A stretch of DNA of 64,000 bases from the human T2T-CHM13v2.0 reference genome, Homo sapiens (GCF_009914755.1 NC_060936.1); one strand, 5' to 3'. Shown: positions 14,621 to 32,219, counted from the first letter of the stretch. Program-made: numbers and translations. The notes: generated by a model not told the origin, from the sequence alone.

Positions 14621-17600
14621 GTACATATTTATGGAATACAATGTGATGTTTCAGTACATGTATACACTGTGTAATGATCAAATAATGGTTATTAGCATAT
14701 TGATTACCTTACACATTTATCATTTCTTTATCGTGAGTACATTCAAAATCCTCTCTTCTAGCTTTTTGAAAGATACATTATTGTCAGCTATAGTCACCCT
14801 ACTATACAGCAACTTATTCCTCCTACCTAACTTTAACATTTTACCATTAAAAAACCTCTCCCCATCTTCCACTTCCCGTTTTTCCCATCTTTGATAACCA
14901 CTATTCCATTCTCAATGCCGTTGAGATCAATTTGTTTAGATTCTTCACATGAATGATACCATGCAGTATTTTTCTTTCTATACCTAGCTTATTTCCCTTG
15001 ACACAATGTTCTCCAGGCTCAACTATTTTATTGAAAATGACAGGATTTCATCTTTTTTTGTGGCCGAATGGAGTTCATTATGCATATCTACCTCACATTT
15101 TCTTTATTCTTTTCTCTGTTGATGACATTTAGGTTGATTCCATGCCTTGGATAATATGAATACATGCCTTGGATAATATGAACAGTGCTGCAATAAACAT
15201 GAAAGTGCAGAATGACTCTTCAACATATTTATTTCATTTTCTTTGGCCATATACCCAGTAGTGGGATTGCTGGATCATATGATAGATCTATTTTTAAATT
15301 TTTGAGGAGCTTCCATACTGTTTTTCATAACCCCTGTACTAATTTACATTAACAACTGTGTATAAAACTTTCCCATTCTCCACAGTATTGCCAGCATTTT
15401 TTTTTTTTTTTTTTTTTTTGCCTTTTTGATGCTATCCATTCTGTCTGGGATGAGGTGATATCTCATTTTGGCTTCTATTTGCATTTCGCTGATTGTTAGT
15501 GATATTGAGCATTTTTTTCATATAACTGTTGGCCGTTTCTATATCTTCCTTGGAAAAATGTCTTTGCCCATTTTTAAATTAGGTTTTTCCTATTGAATTG
15601 TTTGAGTTCCTTATAAATTCTTTATATTAATCTCTTGTCAGATGTAAAATTTGCAAATATTTTCTCCCATTCTGTAGGTTTTCTCCTTAGTCTGTTGATT
15701 GCTTCCTTTGCCATGCAGAAATTTTTTAGTTTGATGTAATTACTCTATTTTTGCTTTTGTTGCCTGTGTTTTTGAGATCTCGCCTAATAAATCCTTGCCA
15801 AGACTGAAGTTATGTAGCATTTCTTCTTGTATTATTCTAGTACTTTCATAGTTTCAGATCTTACATTTAACTCTTTAGTCTATTTTGAATGGAATTTTGT
15901 ATGTGGTGAGAAATAGAGGTCTAGCTTTATTCTATTGTATGTGGATATTCAGTTTTCCTAACACCATTTGTTGAAGAGACCGAGCTTTCTTCAATTTGTG
16001 TTTTTGGCATCTTTTTTGAATCTTTTGGTTGTCAATGCATTAATTTATTTCTGGGATCTCTGTTTGGTTACACTGAACTTTTTGTCTTTTCTAATTTTTT
16101 TTGGCCAATACAATGCTGTTTTCATTACTATAGCTTTGTAGTATATTTTTAAGGCAATTAGTGTGAGGTCTCTAGCTTTATCCTTTTGCTCAGAATTACT
16201 TTAGTTATTCAGAGTCTTTTGTGGACCTCCAGTAATATGTTGAGTAGGTCCAGTAAGAGTGGGGAGCTTCACATTGTTCCCGATCTTAGAGGAAAAGCTT
16301 TCAACAACTCCTCATTCAGCATTACGCTGCCTGTGGATTTGTCATATATGGCCTCTGTTATGTTGAAGTATGTTATTTCTGTACCTAATTGGTTGAGAGT
16401 TTTTATTATGAAGAGGTGTTAAATTTTGTCAAATGCATCTGCATTTATTGAAATGATCATATAATTTTTATCTGATTCTATTGATGTAATGTATCATGCT
16501 TATTGATTCACATATGTTGAAATATCATGGCATCTCTGATATGAATCCCAGTGAATTTTTTTAATATGTTGTTAAACTTGGTTTACTAGTATTTTGTTGA
16601 CAATTTCTACATTTAAATTCATCAGGGATATTGACCTCAAGTATTTGTATTGCTGTTATGTCTTTCTCTGGTTTTGGAATCAGTGTAATTATGGCTTCAT
16701 ATAATAAGTTTGAAAGAGTTCCCGCCTTTTCAATTTTTTTGGAACAGTTTGTGAAAAATTGTATTAGTTCTTTTAAAAATATTTTCTAGAATTTAGCAAT
16801 GACACCATCATGTCCTGGACTTTCTTTTCATGGAAGAGTTTATTCCTGCTTCAAATCTCATTACTCATTATTTGTTTGTTCATATTTTCTACTTCTTAGT
16901 GCAATCTTGGCAGGTTTGATAAATTGCTTGTATTTCTATAGTTTTTGGGTTACAGGCAGATTTTGGTTACATGAATAATTTCTTTAGTGATGATTTCTGA
17001 GATTTTCATGTACCTGGCACCTGAGTTGTGTATACTGTACCCAATATGTAGTCTTTATCTCTCACCCGTCCTCCCAACCTGCCCCACCGTTGGTAGGTTT
17101 TTGTGATTAGGAACTTATTCATTTCTTCTAGATTTTTCATATTGTTGGCATATCATAGTAGTTTCTTATGATCTTTTGTATTTCTGTGGTATCAGATGTA
17201 ATGCCTTCTTTTTTATCTCTGCTTTTATTTATTTTACTCCTCTCTTTTTTTCTTGGTTAGTCTTGCTAAAAGTTTGTCGATTTCATTTATCTTTTCATAA
17301 AATCAGCTTTCTATTTTGTTTATCTTTTCTATTGTTTTTAAGTCTCGATTGTACTCTGATCTTTATTATATCTTTTCTTCTCCTAATTGTGAGTGTAGTC
17401 TATTCTTGCTTTTCTATCCTTGAGATCCCTCATTTGGTGGTTCATTTGAGAGCTTTTTTCTTTTTTTGATGTAGATATCTATTGCTATAGACCTCCTTCT
17501 AATGACTGGTTTTGCTGTATTTCATAAGTTTTATTTAGTATTTTGTGTTTTTATTTTCTTTTGTCTCTAGAAATTTTTTAAATTTTTCTTTCAATTTGTT

Positions 17601-18405
17601 CATCAATTTATTGGTTGTTTAGAAGCATGTTGTTTAATTTCCATGTATATGTAGCATTTCAGATCTCCTCCTATTGTTGATTCCTCGTTTACTTCATTTT
17701 CATGAAAAATGATATTTGATATGATTTTAATTTCTTGAATTTGTTAAGACTTTTTTAGTAGACTAACATATGATCTGTCCTGTAGAAAATACCACGTCCA
17801 GTGTAGAAGAATGTGTATTATTCAGCTGTTGGATGGAATGTTCTTTTAATGTCTGTTAGGTCCATTTGGTCTAGAGTGCAGTTTAAATCTGATGTTTTCT
17901 CCTTGGTTTTCTGTAAATAATCTGTCCACTGCAGAAAGCAGGGTGTTGAAATTCCCTACTGTTATTGTATTACTGTGTATCTCTCCCTTTAGATTGATTA
18001 ATGTATCCTTCATGTATTTAAATGCTTTGATGGATGTTGGTTGTGTATGTATTCATGATTGTTATATGCTTTTATTAATCCTTTTATCATTATATAGTAG
18101 CCTTGTTTATCTCTTTATATATTTTTTACTTGAGATTTATTTTATCTGTTATAAGTATAGCTACTCTTGCTTTGTTTTGGTTTTTATTTGTATGAGTATC
18201 TTTTTTTCACTCATTCACTTTCAGTATATGCATGTCTGTACAGGTGAAATGAGTGTCTTGTAGGGAAATATAGTTGAGCCTTGTTATTTTTATCCACTCC
18301 ATCAAATTTATGTCTTTCAACTGCAGAATTCAGTCTATATATATTCAATGTGATTATTGAAAGTAAGACCTTACTACTGCCAGTTTGCTGCTCCTTTTTG
18401 AGCTG
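14620..18405 (-). mobile_element. Old L1MA element (3' end at ~14620, internally deleted)
   Basis: ttgtacatatttatggaatacaatgtgatgtttcagtacatgtatacactgtgtaatgatcaaat is the L1MA 3' end; degenerate ORF2 follows. Includes a 20-bp tandem duplication at 15141-15182. Confidence 0.8.
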
Positions 18406-18726
18406 TAATTTTGTACATTTTAATAAATCTCCTCCTATTCCTCCTTTCTCCTTACCCTTTCCAGTCTAGTATCCTCTTTTTTACTTTTTACTTTTATGAG
18501 ATCAACTTTTTTAAGCTTTTACATATGAGTGAAAACATGTGGTGCAAAACATTCTGCTCCTGGCTTACTTCATTTAATACAATGTTGTCCAATTCCATTT
18601 GTGTTGCTGTGAATGACAAGATTTCATTCTTTATTATAGCTAAATAGTATTCTCTACATCTCTCTAAATATGCAGATTTTTTCTTTCTTTCTTTCTTCCT
18701 TCCTTCTTTCTTTATATATATATATA

Positions 18727-21202
<2,476 letters not shown>

Positions 21203-24200
21203 TGAGGTTGATGTCATATTTTGGCTATTATGAATAGGAATAAGATAAATATCAAGGTGCAGATGTCTCCTCAATATTGTGATTTCATTTTCTTTGGATA
21301 AATTCCCAGTAGGGGTGTTGCTAGATCATAAGGCTTTTCCGTTGTAGTTTATTGAGGAACCTCCATACTGTTCCCTTTGTGGCTGTGCTAGTTTACATTA
21401 CTATCAATAGTGTGTAAGAATTCTCTTTACTCTGCATACCTGCCATCATTTTTTTTTTTTGCGTGTTTTTTTTTATGATAGCCATTCTAACTAGAGTGAG
21501 ATGTTACCTCTGGGTGTTTTTTATTTGCACATCTCTTTTAAGTAGTGATGTTGATCATTTAAAAGATATATTTGTTAGCAATTTGTATGTCTTCTTTTGA
21601 GCAATGTCTGTACAAACTCTTTGCCCCCTTTTTAAAATTAAATTGCTTGTCTGTGCTGTTGAGCTGTTTGAGTTCCTTGTATATTCTGGATAATAACCAC
21701 CTGTTGAATCAGTAGCTTGAAAATATTTTCTCACATTTTGTAGACTGGCTCTTTACCCTGTTGATTATTTTGTTTGCTGTATAGAAGCTTTTTAGTTTGT
21801 TATAATCTCATTTATTCATTTTTGCTTTTGTTGCCTGTGCTTTAAAAGTCTTACTCATAAAATCTTTCACAGACCAATGTCCTGAAAAATTTCCCCCATG
21901 ATTTCTTATAGTAGTTTTGTTCCTTCAGGTATAACATTTAGTACTATGACCCATTCTTAATTGATTTTTGTATAAAGTAAGAGATAGGAGCCCTGTTTCA
22001 TTATTCTGCATATGTATATTCAGTTTTATCAGCACTATTATCTAACAGACTAACCTTGCCGCAATGAATGTTCTTGGCATCTTTGTCAAAAAAACAGTTG
22101 GCTTTAAATATGTGAATTAATTTCTGGATTTTGTATTCTGTTTCACTGGCCTGTGTATTGTGCTGTTTTGATTACCACAGCTTTATAGTATATTTTGAGG
22201 TATGATAGTTTAATGACTCTAGCTTTTTACTTTTTGCACAATACTGCTTTGGTGATTTGAGGACTTTGTGATTCTGTAAAAATTTTAGAATTTTTTTCCA
22301 TTTCTGTGAAGAATGTTGTTGGCATTTTGATATAAATTGCATTAATCTGAAGACCGCTTTGGGTAGTAGTGTCATTTTAACAATATTGATTCTTCTGATT
22401 TATGAACACAGAATGTCTATTTATTTGTATCCTCTTCAATATTTTTCATCAGCATTTTGCACTTTTTCCTGTAGAGGTTTTCACTTCTTTGCCAAAATTT
22501 ATTCATAGGTCTTTTTCTGAGCTACAGTAAATAGGTTTATCTTTTTTATTTCTTTTTCAGCTAGTTCATTATTCATGTATAGAAATGCCACTAATTTTTT
22601 GTATATTAATTTTGTGTAGAGTCTCTAGATTGTCTATATATGAGATCAGGTCATCTGCAAAAATGGACAACTTGACTTCCTCTCTTCCAATTTAAATGCC
22701 CTTCTTTTTCTTTTGCTTATTTGCTCTGGCTAGAAATTCCAGTATTGTGTTGATTAAGAATGGTGAGAGTGGACATACTCGTTCCATTGCTTAGAGAAAA
22801 ATCTCCCAGATTTCTATTACTTAGGAAATAGTTAGATGTGGGTTTTTCATATATGACCTTTAGTATATTGATGTATTTTTCTTCTACACATAATTTATTA
22901 GGAATTTTTATCATGAAGGAATATTGAATTTAGTCAACAGCATTTTCTGTATTAAGACGATCACATGATTTTCGTTCTACTGATAAGACCTTATTGATTC
23001 ACATATTTTGAATCATCCTTGCATTCCTTTGATAAATCTCACACAGTCATTGTATATTATTTTTCGATGTGTTGTTGAATTAAGTTTTCTAGTATTTTAT
23101 TGAGTATTTCTGCATCTATGTTTGTCAGGAATACTAGCCTGTAGTTTCCTTATTTCCTGGTGTCCTGATTGGGTTTTGATTATAGTGTTATGCTGACCTC
23201 GTAGAATGAGTTAGGAAAAATTCCTTCTGCCTCACATTTTTATAATAGTTTGATAATAATGAGTTAATTCTTCTTAAAAAGAATGGTACCAGTAGAAACC
23301 AGTAGAATTCAACAGTGAAGCTATACAGTCCTCAACTTGTATTTGTTGAAAGTCTTTTTATTACTAATTCAACCATGTTACTTGCTTTTGGCCTGTCAGA
23401 TTTTCTATTCCTTCTTCATTCAATCATGATAGGTTGTGAGTCAAAAATTTATCAATTTTCTCTGGGTTTTCAAATTTATTGGAAACAAATAGTGCTTCAG
23501 AGTATCTTCTAATGATTCTTCATATTTCTATGGTAGCTGTTATAAAGTTTCCTTGTTTATTTCTGATTTTATTTATTTGGGTCTTTTTTTCTTAATCTAG
23601 TTAATGGTTTGTCAATTTTCATTTTCTTTTTATAGAACCAGCATTTTTATGTTAATCTTTTCTATTTTTTTTACACTCTTTGTCAATTAGTTCTGCTCTG
23701 ATCTTAATTATTTCTTTTCTTATATTAATTTTGGGTGTGGTTGGATTTTTTTTGAGTTGATTGAGGTGTACACTCAGGTTTTTATTTGAAATCTTTCTAG
23801 GTTTTTGATGTAGGCCTTTATTGCAACTTGCCTTTTAATGCCGATTGTACTGTGTCTCATAGATTTTGGTATATTGTGTTTCTATTTTCATTTGTTTTAA
23901 AGAATTTTTAAAATTTTATTAATTTCTTCACTCATTGGTCATTCAAGAACATGCTGTTTACTTTCCACTTATTGTATAGTTTTTAATGTTACTCTTATTA
24001 TAATGTTAGTTTTATTTTATATGGTCAGATAAGTTACCTAACATGAATTTGATTTTTTGTAATTTTTGAGACTTGTTTTGTGTCCTAACATATTTCTATC
24101 CTGGAGATTTTTCCATGCACTGATTAAAAGAATATGCATTCTTCAACTATTGGGTAAAGTTTTTTGTAAATATCTAGTAGGACCATTTATTTATGATGAA

Positions 24201-24214
24201 ATTTATTTATTTTA

Positions 24215-26910
24215 ATTTCCTTTTGAAATTTTAGATTCAGAGGTACATGTGTAGGTTTGCTACAAGAGTGTATTATCTGGTGCTGAGGGTTGGGCTTCTA
24301 TAGATTCTGTCACCCAGATAAAGAAAATATTATCCCAAAGGAAGATTTTTTGTCCCTTGTCCCCATCTGTCTCTCCCTCTGCTTGGAGTCCCCACTGTCT
24401 ATTTTTCTCATGTTTATGTCTGTGGAAATGTAAGATTTAGCTCCCACTTATAAGTGGAAACATGTGTTTCTTACTTAGTTTGCTTAGGATAATAGCCTCC
24501 AGCTGCACCCATATTGCTACTCAGTACATGATTTTATTCTTTCATATGTCGTGTAGTATTCCATAATGTATTCATACCACATTTTCTTTATCCAATCCAC
24601 CATTGATGGACACCTAAGTTCATTCCATTCTCTGCTATTGTGAATAGTTCTTCAAGGAACATGAGTGCCTGTGTCTTTTTTATAGAATGATTTATTTTCC
24701 TTTGAATATATACCTAGTAATGGGATTACTGGGTCAATTGGTAGTTCTTTAAGAAATATTCGATCTGCTTTCCACAGAAGCTGCACTAATTTGCAATCCC
24801 AACAACAATGTGTAAGTGTTCCCTTCTCCCATAACCTCACCAAAGCCTGATATTTTTTGACTTTTAAATAATAATAATTCTGACAGGTGTGAAATCATAT
24901 CTCCTTGTGGTTGTGATTTTCATCTCTCTGGCAATTAGTTATAATTTTTTATTTTTTTATTTTTAGTGGCTGCTTCTATGTCTTCTTTAGAAAAATGTCT
25001 GCTCATATCCTTTGCTCACTTTTCAGTTGGGTTTTTGTGTTGTGATTTATTTAAGTTGCTAATAAACACTGAATATTAGTCCTTTGTTGGATGTGTAGTA
25101 TGGAGATTTTTTTTCGTATCTTGTGGGTTGCCTGTTTGCTCCATTTACAGTTTCTTTTACTGTTTAGGAGCTCTTTGGCTTAAATTCTAATTGTTTATTT
25201 TTTATTTTGTTGCACTTGCTTTTGGGATCTTTATCATAAATTATTTTCCTATCCAGTATCTAGATAAATACTTCCTAGGTTTTCTTCTAGAGTATTTTTA
25301 GTTTGAGGTCTTACATTTAATTATTTAATTCATCTTGAGTTTACTTTTATATATACTGAGAGGTAGGGGTCCGATACTATTCTTTTGCATCTGATTAGCC
25401 AATTTTCCCAGCACCATTTATTGAATATGGTGTCCTTTCTCCATTGTTGATTTTTGTCAACTTTTTCAGAGATGAATTTGTTGTAGACAAGCAGCTTTAT
25501 TTCAGGGATCTCTGTTCTGTTCCATTGGTCTATGTGTTTATTTTGTAACAGTACCATGCTGTTTTGATTACCATATTCTTAGAGTGTAGTATGAAGTCAT
25601 GTAGTGTGATGTCTCTTTCTTTGTTCTTTTTGCATTTACTATTTGGGCTCTTTGTTGATTCCATATGAATTTTGGAATAGTTTTTTTTATATTCTGTGAA
25701 AAACAATGTTCGTAGTTTGATAGGAGTAGCATATTCAATGCAATTTAGATTGCTTTGGGCTGAATGGACATTTTAATGATATTATTCTTCCCATCCATGA
25801 GGACCAAATGTTTTTTCACTTGTTTGTATCATCTTTTATTTCTTACAACATTGTTATGTTGTTCTCCTCATGGAGATCTTGCACGTCCATACTTAGGTTT
25901 ATTCCTAGGTATTTTTATATGGTTATTGTAAATGGGATTGAGTTCTTGATTTGGTTCTGAGCTTGAGTATTATTGGTGTATAGAATGCTATTGATTTTTG
26001 TATGTTGATTTTGTTTCCTGAGACTTTGCTGAAGTTTTTCTATCAGGTAGAAATGTCTTTTGGCAGAATTTTTAGTGTTTTTGAGATACAGAATCATATC
26101 ATCAGCAAAAAAGATAATTTGACTCCCCGTTTTCCTATTTGAATGACTTTTATTTCTTTATCTTGCCTGATTGCTCAGGCTAGGACTTCCAGTACTAGGT
26201 TTAACAGGAGTGGTGAGAGTAAGACAGCTTTGTCTTATTTCAGTACTTAAGGGGAATGCTTCCAGCTTTTTGCCCATTCCGTATGGTATTGCCTGTGGTT
26301 TGTCATAGATGATACTTATTATTTTGAGGTATGTTCCTTCAATGCCTAGTTGTGGGTGGGTTTTTTCATGAAGAGATGTTGTATTTTATCAAATGCTTTT
26401 TCTGTGTCTTTTGAGGTAATCCTATGGGTTTTGTTTTTAATTTTGTTTATGTGCTGAATTACCTTTATTTATTTGTGTATGTTGAACACTCTTGCATCCC
26501 AATAATATAGCCCACTTTATTATGGTGAATTAATTTTGTGTTATACAGCAGATTTGATTTGCTAGTGTTTAGTTGGGGATTTTTGCATCTATGTTTATCA
26601 GGGATATTAGCCAGCAGTTTTCTTTTTTCCCTGTGTCTTTGTCAGATTCTGGTATCAGGATGATGTTTGTTTCAATAATGAATTGGGGAGGAGTCCCTCC
26701 TCTTTAACTTTTTTTGAATAGTTTTAAAAGAATTCATACCAGCACTTCTGTATATATACACATGTAAAGTTTGGCTGTGAATCTATCAGCCAAGGGCTTT
26801 TTTGATTGGATGGGTTTCTAGCACTGATTCAAATTAGGACTCGATATTGATCTGTTTAGGGTTTCAGTTTCTTCCTGGTTCAAACTTGGGAGGTTTTGTG
26901 TTTCCAGGAT
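24215..26910 (-). mobile_element. L1PA16/L1PB-age LINE-1, 5' truncated
   Basis: ttttagattcagaggtacatgtgtaggtttgctacaag 3' end; ORF2-like fragments ([22 protein letters not shown]). Confidence 0.8.
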
Positions 26911-27169
26911 AGTAAGAATTCTCCCATTTAATTCATGGTTCCATTCTGCCCACTGGTGAAGGCCTTAAAGTGACATGATATCAGAATCCTCAAGAGAGCT
27001 CTGTCTACATGGAGACAACATCTTCTTAATATCCACATACACAACTCTAACCACCAGCCAATTGGCACTGCAAACTTTGCTGTTGTTCCAAGTTCCATCA
27101 TTAGAAATTTATGCCTCTGAATTAAGACTTAATCTCCAACAAAGTTGGAAGAGAAATGTTTTCATTCAC

Positions 27170-27251
27170 TGTGTATTGTGAGTGATATATTTCTTTTTTA
27201 AGAAGCAGGTTTTTGATAGGAGTGAAAATAGAACATGAGGATATGCACAAA
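27170..27251 (-). pseudogene. Relic exon E8 (82 nt, phase 1-2)
   Basis: ttttctggtcttttctctcag| ... aca|gtgaat; VCAYPHVLFSLLSKTCFLKKKYITHNTQ, open. Confidence 0.6.
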
Positions 27252-27399
27252 CTGAGAGAAAAGACCAGAAAAGCGAGATTATAAATACAAAAAAAAAATC
27301 TCTATTCACCAGTTTGTTTAGGACTGATCTTACCAAAAAAATTATATACATTTAAATTCTCTACAAAAAATGTTTCTTTGATTCACATGCATTAAAAAT

Positions 27400-28530
27400 A
27401 AATCTACCTTTGTCTGATAATTCCAACATCTGTGTCACATTGCAGTTTGGTTCTGATGATTGCTATATCTGTTCAGTATGTGTGTTTATTGCCTTTTGAT
27501 GTCTCAGAATTTTTTGTTGAAATCCACAAATGGAGTATAGGAATGTTAATACTGAAGTAAATATTTATTTTACATGAAGATAATCACATCTTTCCTTCTG
27601 CTAGGCATGTATTGTGGGGGGTTGTGTCAATAATAGGGCTGAGTTTCAAGTTGTTGTTGCTATGATTACCCTGGGAATATCAAAAGTTTTAAATATTTTA
27701 GGAAAAACATGTATATAGAATCTGTCCCCCACCTAGATTTGGTTTCCCCTTTTGCTGTATTACCCAGAAACAATCTGTATCTTGCAGCTCTCCCAGTTAT
27801 ATTCCACTCTGATTTTTACTAGATACTCATTAGCATTAGGGTGATGTTCCCATGAAGCTCAATATTAGGCAAGCTCTGTAAATCTTGGTCTTGAGGATGA
27901 CCTATTCCTTTCTGAGGAGTGGAGTTTTCTCCTGGCTTCCTTTCCCAGCTGCAAGGGTTTTCACCAGTACTCTCAAATCACAGTTTTTGTTGCCATTCCC
28001 TATTGAAGATAAGGACTTTTATTGTTTAAGGGAGAAAGGAGAGATCGGTCTTGAATAGGGCTTGAAGAGTAGTTGCTGTTCTCATGCCCCAGTCAGTACC
28101 AATGGGGCTCTCTAAAGATTATCTCTAATCTTCATGTAGAGTACATAGTGAGGCTACTAAAGAAATCAGCTGCAAGAGGCATAAAGCCCCTTATGTCTGC
28201 AGCCTTCAGGGCCTTCACTTTCTCTTGTCAACCCATCCTTGGTATTTAGCAACTTCTTAAAATTTTCTAGCTGATTCATTATCCTTACTTATACAGCATT
28301 GGGTGACTTCTGCCCCAGGTAAACAAGTGTTCAAATCCTGTTTCTTCCTACAGGAGCCCATCACTCTTGAGATTTTAAGTTAGCTGTTTACCCGTAAGCT
28401 CAAGTGACTAATGGGTTCAAGAAAAGTTACGATTTGCATTTTATTCATATTTTATTCATATTTTTTCCTATCATAAGGATGTAGGTGAGACACTCCTGCT
28501 CCCTGCATCTCGGATGGAAAGTGAAAGTCT
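27400..28530 (-). mobile_element. Ancient L1M 5'-region relic
   Basis: tctgataattccaacatctgtgtcac and cccaggtaaacaagtg...gggttcaagaaaagttacgatttg motifs. Confidence 0.5.
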
Positions 28531-28748
28531 CATTTTTACTCCTTTAGTATAAAGGGAAATATGTTTCTATTGCCTTCATAAATTTTCAAAACCAATTTGA
28601 ATTATATGAGAGTACCTCTCTCCCTTTCCCTCACCTGATTTTTCTTAATAGAGTCTCTAATAATTCATACATTATGCATTCAGTAAACAAAGAGTTTACT
28701 GAAACAAACAGGATAAATCAGAGTTTAAGTAAGCCTGGATTATTTTAC

Positions 28749-28859
28749 CAAAAGATTGATCCCTCACATCTCTCCATTCAGAGTTTTAGTGATGTTCCCC
28801 TCACAATATCTCCCATACTCTTAATCCAATCTTTTCATTAATATAAGGTCTCTAAACAA
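28749..28859 (-). pseudogene. Relic exon E7 (111 nt, symmetric)
   Basis: ttttatttttctttttcag| ... ttg|gtaaaa; 3 stops in the chained frame, so the true frame is uncertain. Confidence 0.55.
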
Positions 28860-29150
28860 CTGAAAAAGAAAAATAAAATGATGCCATTAATATTGAAGGT
28901 GGAAGAAAAAGTGTGATTTTGCAAATATATCTGATATTTTGAATAACTGCAAGAACATTTCCAGGGTGGCAAACTTGTTAGATGTTATTAGGTACATACT
29001 ACACTAGATCTGCAAGTTACTTTTCTCATAGGCCTTAAGAAAACATGCAGAATTATTAAACAATAAGATTTTCAACTCATATTAAAGACCTATATAACTT
29101 TCTGCCATATTAGCTATTCCAAAAAAGTAGCACAGTGTATCTTTACTAAC

Positions 29151-29541
29151 AGAAAGAATGTATCTCTTTCAACTTCTATTGCAGTCATTTAGTCATCAGA
29201 AATGATGTTGTTGAAGGGTATCTTGAATTTTTCAAACTTTTCATGTTATCAAGATAGGCTGAAGTAGTATTTTATTCAATAATTGACTTCAGCAGTAATG
29301 ATAAACATCTGAGGGCTAGAAGAGTCCTGTGATAGTCTTTAATTTGATTTTGTTTTTCATAAATTTTTCTTACATTTTTCTTAGGACCAACTATAGAAAG
29401 GTTTTCCACTTTGCTTTTATCATCACAAAGCTTTACTTTATTAACAATTGTTTTTAACAAAGCTCTGAGGTCTTTCGTTGGGATACGAAATAACAGCCGC
29501 CTCACCACGTGGACCATTTCTGTAATTGGTGCCCTGTATGT
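29151..29541 (-). pseudogene. Relic exon E6 (391 nt, phase 0-1)
   Basis: ttccttttattttttctag| ... tct|gttagt; first 89 codons open (TYRAPITEMVHVVRRLLFRIPTKDLRALLKTIVNKVK...LLKSIIE), then 3 stops. Confidence 0.7.
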
Positions 29542-30219
29542 CTAGAAAAAATAAAAGGAACATAGCTACATTTTTCAAAAACATAAAAATAATCTACTCA
29601 GATAGTTATTTGTTGGATCTAAAAACTACTTGAGTGATATCTTTTAAAACTAGATAAATGACCATATATTTAAAAATTATTTCCAACATTTCTTGTGCCC
29701 GTATGAACAAACTGAAAAACATTTTAGATAGACCATTATTATAAACAAAGTATTTCTTTCTATTCATCCTAGAGCAGGAGAAAACATGTAATGAATTTAA
29801 GTTTTAAAGCCATGATATTGTGTAATGGCATTTGTTAATCCAGTCCTAGGCATAATTGAGCTAAGGGTGAGACATAAGTAGATGTATGTATCTATTCTCT
29901 AGGCATGGGTCATCCATTATAATATTCACTTTCAAAATTTATTAAATATTCTGTTTTTTTCTTCTTCTCCATTCCATTCCATTCCCTTCCCTTTTTCCTT
30001 TTTTCGTCTTTTCCATTTTTCTTTCTGAATAATTTGAACTTGACCTATTAGATGGGACCTAGCAAGTGGGACTGTATATCAGGTAAGAAAGGGGGTGGTT
30101 CTCTAAGAGAAACTATAAGCACCTGAGTGTGGTGTAAGAGCCCAAGGGCCCAAGTGGTGTTAGAAGAGTGTCCAAGGAGAGTGAGAATTCAGTGGTGTGT
30201 CAGAACCCACTGAACTAAC

Positions 30220-31102
30220 TAAAAGCAATTAGGGTTCACCAGAGAAAAAGAACATTTCTATTATATCTTAATACATATGCATGAGTCTGTATGTGTGTGT
30301 TTGTATCTGTGTATACTTGTAGTTGTCCCTTGAACTACGTGAGTGTTAGAAATGCCAACCTCACAGTTGAAAATCCACATCTAATTTTTGACTCACCACA
30401 ACTTATGTACTAATTGCCTGCTGTTGAAAGGAATCCTTACCAGTACCATTAACATTTGATTAGCATGCATTTTGTATGTTGTATGTATTATGTACTGTAT
30501 TCATTCAACAAAATTAGAGAAAAGAAAATGTTATTAAGAAAATCATAATGAAGAGAAAATATATTTACTATTCATTAAGTGGAAGTGGATCATCATAAAG
30601 ATCTTTATTCCTGTTTCTTCACATTGAGTAGGCTGTCTTGCTGTCTCAGGAGTGGCAGAGGTAGAAGAAGTGAAGGAGGCGGAGGAGGGCTTAGGAGAAG
30701 CAGGCACACTTGGTGTTACTTTTATTGAAGAAATCCACGTATAAGTGGACCTGTGAAGTTGAAACCTGTGTTGTGCAAGGGTCAGCTATACACACACAGA
30801 CACACACACACACACACACACATATACAGACAGAGAGAGAGAAAGTAGTCCTGCAAACTAGAGACCCGGAAAAGAACTGATGCTGTAATTCAAGTCCAGA
30901 GGTAGTGGGCTGGCAGGATTTCTTTGGGAAAGGTTAATCTTTTCCTATTAAGACTTTTAGTAGGAAAGGTAATATGTTTTACTCAAAGTCTATTCATTTA
31001 AATGTTAATATCTTCTAAATATACATTCACAGAAACATCTAGAATGATGTTTGACCAAAAATCTGGGGACCCTGGCTCAGCCAAGTGGAGACATAAATCA
31101 CA
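30220..31102. mobile_element. MLT2-type (ERVL) LTR with nested Tigger2a and (CA)n
   Basis: ttagggttcaccagagaaaaagaac ... ttactcaaagtctattcatttaaatgttaat...cacagaaacatctagaatgatgtttgaccaaa...gccaagtggagacataaatcaca. Confidence 0.65.
30320..30788. mobile_element. Tigger2a (TcMar-Tigger) non-autonomous DNA transposon
   Basis: Terminal inverted repeats agttgtcccttgaactac / gttgtgcaagggtcagct; internal aagtggaagtggatcatcataaag. Confidence 0.8.
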
Positions 31103-32219
31103 GAGAGCAAGGAGAATATCTATACATGGAGTATCCTAGTATGAGTGTCAATACCTGAATAGGATGAGGAAGACATCACTGTGGTAGGGGGTGAACAGGG
31201 GAGAGGTCTGATATGAAGTGTTAGAAACTTAGTAAGGTTAGACTAGTGGCTAGACAGGAGAGTAGCCCAGTTCCTAGTGTGGAATCCCAAGCGAGGTGAA
31301 GAAGAGATCTGCAGGGGAAAAGATAGGAGATGAGTTGTCAGTCCCACATTGACTCAGTTACTTTGGCTTCATAGGAATTAATATCCCATGCTGGCTTCCT
31401 CCACCTTCATTATTCCTCAGGATTGCTTTCATTATTCTTGGCCTTTTACATTTTAAGGGAAAGGTTAACATTATGTCGTCAATTTCCACATTTCAAAGAG
31501 TACTGGGATTTTGTTCGATATTTCGCTGAAACTATAGATGTATCTTTGGAGAGCCAACATTTTTACAATACTGTTTTTCAACTAATGAGCATGATATAGG
31601 TTTTAATGTCTTTAAATAATGTTGTGTAGTTTGGGAGTAGCGGTCTGGGGCACTCATTATGAAATCGATTCCTTGGGTTTCAATTTTTTTAAAACTACAC
31701 TAAGTAGTATACTTTACTAATATTATTTTCTACTGTTTCTAATGTATAAATCACTACATTTGATTGTGTATATTTTATTCTATCCAGATAACTTGTAAAA
31801 ATTAACATTAATTTTCAGAGTTTATATGTAGTAACTTTTAAATTATCTACCTATACCATATGTCACTGACATTTTATTTTTTTCTTTTCTTGTTCTTAAA
31901 TTTAAATTCTTTTTCTTGCCATTTCTCTGACTAGAACATCCAGGATAATGTTTATTGGAAATGGTGATAGCAGACATTATCTTCTCACTCATGACATCAA
32001 CAGGAAAGCTTTTAATATTTCCCATTTTAATATACTGGTTGCTGTAGGGTTTGTTTGCTTTTTTTTAAAGTCATGATCATATCCCGAAGCATATCACATG
32101 GAATTCGCTGTAAGTTTTTTCTCAGTCTAAGTAAATATTTCCTTCATATGCTCATTTTTATTTATAATTTTGGATTATTTTCTTATAAAGGCCTTCCCTT
32201 AAATTTTATAATCTTATAA

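Noticed and set aside
28749-29200. Alternative-frame reading MTAIEVERDTFFL|CLETLY**KDWIKSMGDIV...MERCEGS, faintly like a PH-domain tail or kinase motif
   Set aside because: Needs frameshifts, has as many stops as the chained frame, and the resemblance is too short to name a family.
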